Of a stretch of 6,104 bases of DNA, positions 1 to 6,104 are shown piece by piece. Positions within the stretch are counted from its first letter, which is position 1; every line of letters starts with the position of its first letter. The position numbers were made by a program, and so were the translations under genes. The DNA lies in NCBI RefSeq assembly GCF_006345805.1, contig NW_021829462.1, forward strand, positions 1-6,104. The letters run 5' to 3'. This DNA comes from Octopus sinensis. Taxonomy: Eukaryota. The notes below the pieces were generated by a model that did not search any database, was not told the origin of the DNA, and saw nothing but the letters and a program-made list of their open reading frames with translations.

Positions 1-139
1 TTATATGCAGCACCCTTTCTACACATATGCATAATAACTCTATCGCACTATGTCAGGCTTCAGAGCAGTCTCCACTGCTACTACGACGGCTGGTGGGGGT
101 GACCGTGCTTGTAGTGGTGCCAGTGACGTTGCTGCTATC

Positions 140-228
140 AACGACGTCGACGATGATGATTATGATGATGATGATGCAGATACTGATGCCGATGGTGATG
201 GCGACGGCGGCGACTGTGGTGGTGATGG

Positions 229-260
<32 letters not shown>

Positions 261-290
261 CTGGCGATAGTGGTGTTGATGGTTATATTC
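140..290 (+). repeat. Degenerate (GAT/GAC/GGT)n trinucleotide microsatellite
   Basis: Near-pure (GAT)n at ~229-260 with degenerate triplet flanks; accounts for the poly-M, poly-D and poly-I ORFs at 27-344. Confidence 0.95.
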
Positions 291-364
291 CTAACACTGA
301 TAACGCCATTTCCATATTGCATACAACATAGCGCTGCAGAATAGTGTTCCCTTAATTTTCATCT

Positions 365-491
365 ACACACCACACACATATATATATATAACATGTATTT
401 GTGTGTGCGTGTGCGTGTGTAGTGTGTGTATGAATAGATATATATATATATATATATAATATATATCTATTATAATATATATATATTTATT

Positions 492-542
<51 letters not shown>

Positions 543-823
543 GTCTATATATATGTATGTATATACATATATATACTATATATATATGTATTATATATCA
601 TACATATTATATATATATGTGTGTGTGTCGTGTGTGTGTGTATTTGTATGTATGCATTATGTATATATATATATATATATATATATTATATTATTATATA
701 TAATATATATAGAATATATGTTTGTGTGTGTGTGTATATATGTATACACAGAAAGAGTATATGTGTGTGTGTGATTGTCTGCATGTGTTTTTATGCTTGT
801 GTGTGTCTGTGCACGTGCATGAT

Positions 824-868
<45 letters not shown>
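365..868. repeat. Compound dinucleotide microsatellite (CA)n/(TA)n/(TG)n/(GA)n
   Basis: Directly visible, e.g. TA-rich 378-720, (TG)n ~822-845, (GA)n ~845-868. Confidence 0.97.
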
Positions 869-870
869 TT

Positions 871-1028
871 TGGAAACTTGTATGTTTTAGTGTGTTCTTT
901 TTTGCTGTTTGTTTATATTTTCCTTTTGTTTTTCATTCTTGTTTACTTTTCTGTTGTTTTGTTTTGTTCTTTTGTTTATTGCTATTTTTGTCGTCGTCGT
1001 TGTTGTTGTTGTTGTTGTTGTAGTTGTT
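871..1028 (+). repeat. T-rich low-complexity tract ending in (GTC)3(GTT)n
   Basis: T-dominated sequence 885-990, then gtc/gtt triplets 990-1028. Confidence 0.9.
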
Positions 1029-1090
1029 CTTGATTTATATAATCTCTTCCTTTGCAGCTGTGCAGTGTGTTTATAACTGATGAAAAGTAC

Positions 1091-1173
1091 CGTCGTCGTC
1101 GTCGTCGTCATCACCATCATCTTTATCATCATCATCCTCATCATCATCATCATCATAATCGTCATCACCATCG

Positions 1174-1216
<43 letters not shown>

Positions 1217-1303
1217 TGTAATCATCATCATCATCATTATCATCATCATCATCATCATCATAATCGTCATCACCATCGTCATCATCATCATCATCATCAT
1301 TGT

Positions 1304-1348
<45 letters not shown>

Positions 1349-1770
1349 TGTAATCATCATCATCATCATCATCATCATATCATCCTTATCGCCGTCGACG
1401 TCATCCTCGTCATCACCATCATCGTCGTCCTCAGCATCATCGCCGTCGTCGTCGTCGTCATTGTGGTCATCATTATTGTAATCATCACCACTGCCACCAC
1501 CCCACCATCACGACATAATGCTCCTCCTCCTCCTCATCATCATCATCATCATCATCATCATAACCACCATCGTATACACCATCATCGTCATTGTCGTCGC
1601 CATCATTATCATCGTCGTCGCCATTGTTATCATCATTCCTACAAACATCATTGTTATTATCATAAGCGTCGTCACAGCCTTCACCACTTCTCCCCCTCTC
1701 CCCATCTCCTCCTCCTCCTCCTCCTCCTCCTCATCATCATCATCATCATCATCATCACCATCATCACCAT
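1091..1770 (+). repeat. Long interrupted (ATC)n microsatellite with GTC/ACC/CTC variant blocks
   Basis: Directly visible; produces the His-, Ile-, Ser- and Met-run ORFs between 887 and 1820. Confidence 0.97.
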
Positions 1771-1887
1771 ATCGCCCTTACTTCGAAGCATCCTTCATGA
1801 TCAAAGCTAACTTAGGTTAAACACAATATACATACAGCGAAATTGTATACAAATTATACGATAAACATAGGGAAAAAAACCACAATA

Positions 1888-1990
1888 TTGTTGTTGTTGT
1901 TGTTGTTGTTGTTGTTATCATCATCATCATCATCATCATAATCGTCATCCTCATTATTATTATTATTATTATTATTATTTTTATCATCAT

Positions 1991-2040
<50 letters not shown>

Positions 2041-2041
2041 A

Positions 2042-2101
<60 letters not shown>

Positions 2102-2116
2102 AGTGTTATTAATATT

Positions 2117-2200
<84 letters not shown>

Positions 2201-2216
2201 TGTAGTAGTAGTAGTA
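1888..2216 (+). repeat. Compound trinucleotide microsatellite (GTT)n-(ATC)n-(ATT)n-(AGT)n-(ATT)n-(AGT)n
   Basis: Directly visible successive blocks. Confidence 0.97.
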
Positions 2217-2227
2217 TATATGTATGC

Positions 2228-2358
2228 GGCGCAGGAGTGGCTCTGTGGTAAGTGCTTCCCAACCGAATGGTTCCGAGTTCATTCCCACTGCGCGGTATCT
2301 TAAGTGTCTTCTAGCAAAGCCTTGTCAGTGGATTTGGTAGACGGAAACTGATAGAAGC
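2228..2358 (+). mobile_element. tRNA-derived SINE, family A (my label), 5' portion with internal deletions
   Basis: Aligns to 4888-5044 (GGCGCAGGAGTGGCT...GCCTTGT.AGTGGATTTGGTAGACGGAAACTGA.AGAAGC) with several gaps. Confidence 0.9.
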
Positions 2359-2407
2359 TTGCCGAACCGCTAAGTTACGGGGACGTAAACACACCACCAT
2401 CGGTTGT
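2359..2407 (-). mobile_element. Inverted internal fragment of SINE family A
   Basis: Reverse complement matches 5119-5168 at 46 of 50 aligned positions (hand alignment). Confidence 0.9.
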
Positions 2408-2423
2408 TGTTGTTGTTGCTGTT

Positions 2424-2608
2424 GTGGCAGAATCGTTAGCACTCCGGGGGAAATGCTTAGCGGCATTTCATCCATTTTTATGCTCTGAAGTGGACTTTGC
2501 CTTTCATCTTTTTCGTGTCTATAAAATATGTACCAGTTAAGCATTGTAGTCGACGTAATCGACTAACCTCCACCTCGATATTACTGGCCTTGTGCCAAAA
2601 TGTGAAAT
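2424..2608 (+). mobile_element. Degenerate tRNA-derived SINE, family B (my label), B-box region deleted
   Basis: TGGCAGAATCGTTAGCAC.CCGGGGGAAATGC and GACTTTGCCTTTCATC...GTACCAGTT match 3597-3750; 3' end GGCCTTGTGCCAAAATGTGAAA matches the reverse complement of 3877-3900. Confidence 0.85.
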
Positions 2609-2660
2609 TATTATCATCATGGTCATAATCATCATCATCATCATCATCATCGTTATCATT
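2609..2660 (+). repeat. (ATT/ATC)n microsatellite at the SINE 3' end
   Basis: Directly visible. Confidence 0.85.
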
Positions 2661-2785
2661 TTTTTTTATATCGATTAGGACAGTCATATCGATGAAAAGA
2701 CATGATTTTTGTCTGAAAACCTTCAATATAATGTTTGGGCCATTTTGCATCTATATTTCTGTCAGTTTGAAAAGTAAAGTTCTAT

Positions 2786-2812
2786 ATTATTATTGTTGTT
2801 GTTGTTGTTGTT
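2786..2812 (+). repeat. Short (ATT)n(GTT)n microsatellite
   Basis: Directly visible. Confidence 0.85.
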
Positions 2813-3063
2813 ATCTTCATTTTTCTCATTCTATATGAGTTATATCGGTTGATTTTACGCCTATTTGATGCCCATGTGATCGGGTGTTAGGTGCTGCTGA
2901 CTATAATAATTTAATTGTTGGTAACTTAAAAATTGAGTGGTACGGGTGTTGTGATGGGAAATTGAATTTAATAATACTAAAAGAATCTGCTTAACATTTA
3001 AGGATAAATGGAGTGTATATCAAAGAATGTTTCTCTGCCCACTTTTACTGGCTGATCGCGATG

Positions 3064-3491
3064 CTATAATTTTTCGTGTTGCTGGTGGTTATCTAGCCCT
3101 ATAGTAACGAGAAGAACGTCGTAACAATAAAGACAGCTACAGATTGTAAGAAAGTAAAAACGAAACTGTTGAAGGAGTTGAGTGGGAGGAACCCATAGTT
3201 ATGTCGAAGAAATCAATATTAGAAACAAGACACTACATCTTGTTATTAAATGCTACAAGAGTCTTCCTAGCTTCTCGAATAATGTCTATTTCTAAAGGCG
3301 TAATGTCAGTGAGTTTTATAGCAAAGATAAGGGCTTTATTTCAGAGGACAGGAGATTTATTCAGAGTAATTATTTATATTAAACTGTGGGAAAGATGAGT
3401 TCTTATCGAGAAAAAAAAGATAACTTCGCCTGTAAGAGACCAACTTATTGTTTACAATGATTATGATCCTGTACAGGATATTCATGCTAAT
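3064..3491 (-). pseudogene. RT core fragment of the PLE with stops and frameshifts
   Basis: ISMNIL...QFNINNY 3491-3366; NKAL...FDITMGS 3340-3188 with TAG at 3235-3233 where Trp is expected; CLYCYDVL 3135-3112; frameshifts near 3341-3365 and 3181. Confidence 0.82.
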
Positions 3492-3496
3492 CCGGC

Positions 3497-3568
3497 CGTT
3501 CTATGGTGTAATGGTGAGCACTCTGGACTCTGAATCCAGCGATCCGAGTTCGAGTCTCGGTAGAACCT
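3497..3568 (+). tRNA. tRNA-Gln(CTG) gene copy or pseudogene with a C1:C72 mismatch
   Basis: 72-nt cloverleaf: acceptor (C)GTTCTA/TAGAAC(C), D stem GTGT/GCAC, anticodon stem CTGGA/TCCAG with CTG at 3530-3532, T stem CCGAG/CTCGG with loop TTCGAGT. Very close to canonical metazoan tRNA-Gln, with a compensatory U6:A67 pair. No encoded CCA and no adjacent T4 terminator, so function is uncertain. Confidence 0.92.
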
Positions 3569-3585
3569 TACTGATTTAATCTTTA

Positions 3586-3820
3586 AGGTGGCGAGCTGGC
3601 AGAAACGTTAGCACGCCGGGGGAAATGCGTAGCCGTATTTCGTCTGCTGTTACGTTCTGGGTTCAAATTCCGCCGAGGTCGACTTTGCCTTTCATCCTTT
3701 AGGGGTCGATAAATTAAGTACCAGTTACGCACTGGGGTCGATATAATCGACTTAATCCGTCTGTCTGTCCTAGTTTATCCCCTCTATGTTTAGCCCCTTG
3801 AGGGCAATAAAAAATTAAAA
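3586..3820 (+). mobile_element. Full-length tRNA-derived SINE, family B, alternative 3' end and A-rich tail
   Basis: A-box-like TGGCAGAAACG (~3597), B box GGTTCAAATTCC (3660-3671), core shared with 2424-2608 and 3918-3985, tail GGCAATAAAAAATTAAAA. Confidence 0.9.
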
Positions 3821-3874
3821 AATAGCAAGGTCACATTTAGTAAAGCAAATTAGCCAAATGGATGATTTAATATT

Positions 3875-3988
3875 GGTTTCAAATTTTGACATAAGGCCAG
3901 CAATTTTAGGGGAGGGATAAGTTAATTACAACGACCCCAGTGCAAAACTGGTACTTGTTTCATTGACCCCAAAAAGATGAAAGGCTAG
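3875..3988 (-). mobile_element. 5'-truncated family B SINE with 9-bp TSD
   Basis: Reverse complement of 3918-3985 matches 3687-3754 at 56/68; flanked by TTTAATATT at 3866-3874 and 3989-3997. Confidence 0.9.
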
Positions 3989-4092
3989 TTTAATATTAAA
4001 ATATGCTTATAGTCTTTAAAATCGAAGTGGGGCGATTTAGGAGAAAAGATTTCTAACCCCCACGTTAGCTCCCATTCTTAGTTGTTGATAAT

Positions 4093-4476
4093 GGAAGCAC
4101 TCCGTCGGTTACGACGATGAGGGTTCCGGTTGATCCGAATCAACGGAACAGCCTGCTCGTGAAATTAACGTGTAAGTGGCTGAGCACTCCACAGACACGT
4201 GAACCCCTAACGTAGTTCTCGGAGATATTCAGCGTGTCACAGAGAGTGACAAGGCCGGCCCCTTGAAATACAGGTACAACAGAAACAGGAAGTAAGAGTG
4301 AGAGAAAGTTGTGGTGAAAGAGTACAGCAGGGATCACCACCATCCCCCGCCGGAGCCTCGTGGAGCTTTTAGGTGTTTTCGCTCAATAAACACTCACAAC
4401 GCCCGGTCTGGGAATCGAACCAGCATCCTATGACCGCAAGTCCGCTGCCCTAACCACTGGGCCATTGCGCCTCCAC
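4093..4476 (-). mobile_element. Full-length 384-bp tRNA-derived SINE, family C (my label), with 13-bp TSD
   Basis: Minus-strand A box TGGCCCAGTGG (4464-4454), D-stem-like GCCC/GGGC, B box GGTTCGATTCC (4421-4411); exact direct repeat AGTTGTTGATAAT at 4080-4092 and 4477-4489. Confidence 0.93.
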
Positions 4477-4887
4477 AGTTGTTGATAATATCCAAGGCGG
4501 ATTCGCTGACGGTTTTATTAGATTTATTAAGTTTCTTGTGAAAGAACTTCAGATATTCATCAACGGTAATTTTCTGCTTCTCTTTTAAGCTCACCTCTGT
4601 ATACCTTCCGCAACTAGTATATCATTACTTTCTGTTAAAGCTCTTTCTCATTCTTCCTCCGATGATGGAATAGATTGCAATTATTATGTTGGCTTCCGAT
4701 CGCTTTCGGGGAAAGGCACCATCTGCGCTATATCCACCAAATAAATTTAAGATACTACCTGCAGACCTCTCTTCCTTCCTCCCTCTTTTCTTCTCATCCC
4801 GCTTTGGGTTCTACCGCCGATAACCAACTTTACCTAATACTCAGTTCTGGACGAATACCAGCATATACCATAGTCGTTATGAACATA

Positions 4888-5299
4888 GGCGCAGGAGTGG
4901 CTGTGTGGTAAGTAGCTTGCTAACCAACCACATGGTTCCAGGTTCAGCCCCACTGCGTGGCATCTTGGGCAAGTGTATTCTGCTATAGCCCCGAGCCGAC
5001 CAATGCCTTGTGAGTGGATTTGGTAGACGGAAACTGAAAGAAGCCTGTCGTATATATATATATGTGTGTGTGTGTGTGTATGTTTGTGTATCTGTGTTTG
5101 TCCCCCTAGTATTGCTTGACAACCGATGCTGGTGTGTTTACGTCCCCGTCACCATAGCGGTTCGGCAAAAGAGACCGATTAAATAAGTACTGGCTTACAA
5201 AGAATAAGTTCCGGGGTCGATTTGCTCGACTAAAGGCGGTGCTCCCATGGCCGCAGTCAAATGACTGAAACAAGTAAAAGAGTAAAAGAGTAAAGAGTA
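4888..5299 (+). mobile_element. Full-length tRNA-derived SINE, family A, with internal (TA)n(TG)n and (AGTAAAAG)n tail
   Basis: A-box-like TGGCTGTGTGG (4898-4908), B-box-like GGTTCAGCCCC (4941-4951), homology to 2228-2407, tandem tail 5273-5299. No TSD found. Confidence 0.9.
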
Positions 5300-5611
5300 T
5301 TCTTCAACCGATCTTTTATTGGTCTCTTGTGTTCTAAGCTCTTGAAACTTTCATTACTACTCTCAAGACATGACAATGTCTGATCTGATGCTACTTGTTT
5401 GGCCGTTTATGCTTTTATTCTATTATGGACGTACAAGCTCGAAGGAAACACTGACGAGGGCAAATGTTCATTAAGCAGCCATAATGCACATTAGTTGCAG
5501 TTCAATTTGGAGATTAGGCACCAAGTTAACCTGAGCCCTAGTATTCTGTATCTATAACCTTACATCATCAGATGTAATATTATGCATATGTAGAATATAA
5601 CACATCCTTTT

Positions 5612-5669
<58 letters not shown>
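5612..5669. repeat. (TA)n(TG)n(TA)n microsatellite
   Basis: Directly visible. Confidence 0.95.
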
Positions 5670-5782
5670 GTAGTAACAGAAAAGAAAAATTTCGATTATC
5701 TCCACGTTGTGAGTTGTAATGTATATGAGAAATTAAAAAAGAAAAATACGCTCACTTACATAGTTTTAATATAATTTTTAAT

Positions 5783-5817
5783 ATATCGACCGGTTTCGCT
5801 ATCGCTATTCATGATAT
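5783..5817 (-). ncRNA. Candidate minimal type I hammerhead ribozyme with variant core (A3:U8)
   Basis: Minus strand reads ATATC-ATGAATA-GC-GATA-GC-GAAA-CCGG-TC-GATAT: 5-bp stem I, 7-nt core, 2-bp stem II, GAAA, palindromic ACCGGT stem III, GTC cleavage triplet. Activity untested. Confidence 0.55.
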
Positions 5818-5837
5818 TATGTCTTATTTATTGGAAC

Positions 5838-5986
5838 ATATATATATATAATATATAATATATCTATATTATGTGATATATATATATACATATATATATA
5901 CATATATATAGAATTATATATATATTATATATATATATATATCATATAATATCTATATATATGATATGTATCTATATATATATATA
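5838..5986. repeat. Interrupted (TA)n microsatellite
   Basis: Directly visible. Confidence 0.95.
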
Positions 5987-6000
5987 GGAGTAGGATAGAG

Positions 6001-6104
6001 TGAGAGAAACACAGAGAGAGAAAGAGACGGGAGGCAAAGAGACAAACAGTGAAGTATTAGACCTTCACAGCCATCACCATTACCACAACAACAACAACAA
6101 CAAC
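6001..6104 (+). repeat. GA-rich low-complexity tract and terminal (CAC/CAA)n repeat
   Basis: Directly visible; (CAA)n runs off the end of the window. Confidence 0.85.

Larger units (their letters stand above)
3064..4594 (-). mobile_element. Decayed Penelope-like retroelement (possibly Naiad-type) RT ORF, split by three insertions
   Basis: Manual minus-strand translation after removing 4093-4476, 3875-3988 and 3492-3820 (plus one TSD copy each where present): KITVDEYLKFFHKKLNKSNKTVSESALDIINN*EWELTWGLEIFSPKSPHFDFKDYKH/FNIKSSIWLICFTKCDLAI-ISMNILYRII...QFNINNY.../NKALIFAIKLTDITPLEIDIIREARKTLVAFNNKM*CLVSNIDFFDITMGS.../CLYCYDVL. The order and content match the PLE RT motifs as I recall them: LKDHK, CRLINP.KSELG.ISK.IL, QFDI..FYPSI, NKAL, ARK.L, FDVTMGS, GLYRDDGL. 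Outer boundaries approximate; clade assignment uncertain. Confidence 0.8.

Noticed and set aside
1041-1095. Polypyrimidine tract plus CAG acceptor (1055-1057) and a possible 29-nt exon; also CTGATGA at 1076-1082
   Set aside because: The donor (AAA/GTACCG) is weak and there is no transcript evidence; the CTGATGA has no stem II or GAAA.
150-1770. (GAT)n and (ATC)n tracts as a long inverted repeat
   Set aside because: Expected by chance in DNA this rich in microsatellites.
27-2303. Homopolymer-rich ORFs (poly-His 1052-1810, poly-Asp 50-331, poly-Met, poly-Ile, poly-Tyr)
   Set aside because: All arise from di- or trinucleotide repeats that are open in several frames on both strands; no non-repetitive domain or gene structure.
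2830-3063. Possible continuation of PLE protein similarity (NF*VT, HP...KINR-like patches)
   Set aside because: Patches fall in different frames and are too weak to support without an alignment search.
3201-3398. 65-aa plus-strand ORF
   Set aside because: It is the antisense shadow of the minus-strand RT frame.
4394-4594. 66-aa minus-strand ORF as a real gene
   Set aside because: Chimera of a PLE fragment (to IINN) and the SINE head across the TSD; starts at GTG. GAG/GTGAGC at 4595/4594 also looks like a splice donor, but no open upstream exon was found.
4703-4715. CTTTC-GGG-GAAAG hairpin
   Set aside because: 5-bp stem with no supporting context; likely chance.
5451-5475. CTGACGA followed by a possible GGGC/GTTC stem (hammerhead-like, plus strand)
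   Set aside because: No GAAA after the stem, and the upstream GAAAC is too close for a permuted hammerhead.
5543-5571. Minus-strand CTGATGA-TGTA...TACA-GAAT (hammerhead-like)
   Set aside because: GAAT instead of GAAA prevents the A15.1:U16.1 pair, no convincing stem III, and a competing TACAT/ATGTA hairpin encloses the core.

Overview
Repeat-dense, AT-rich eukaryotic DNA with no credible intact protein-coding gene. The SINE sequences and microsatellite density resemble Octopus/coleoid cephalopod DNA (my recognition, not a database result). About half of the window is simple repeats, which explain nearly all ORFs in the track. The centre is a nested retroelement stack. A decayed minus-strand Penelope-like element (PLE) reverse-transcriptase ORF (~3064-4594) can be re-joined after removing three younger insertions: a full-length tRNA-derived SINE with a 13-bp target-site duplication (TSD), a 5'-truncated SINE with a 9-bp TSD, and a 329-bp block made of a tRNA-Gln(CTG) copy followed by a SINE with no Pol III terminator between them. 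About 1.2 kb upstream on the same strand is a 35-nt minimal type I hammerhead-ribozyme-like motif whose conserved C3:G8 pair appears swapped to A3:U8. Further SINE copies lie at 2228-2608 (one with an inverted piece) and 4888-5299.
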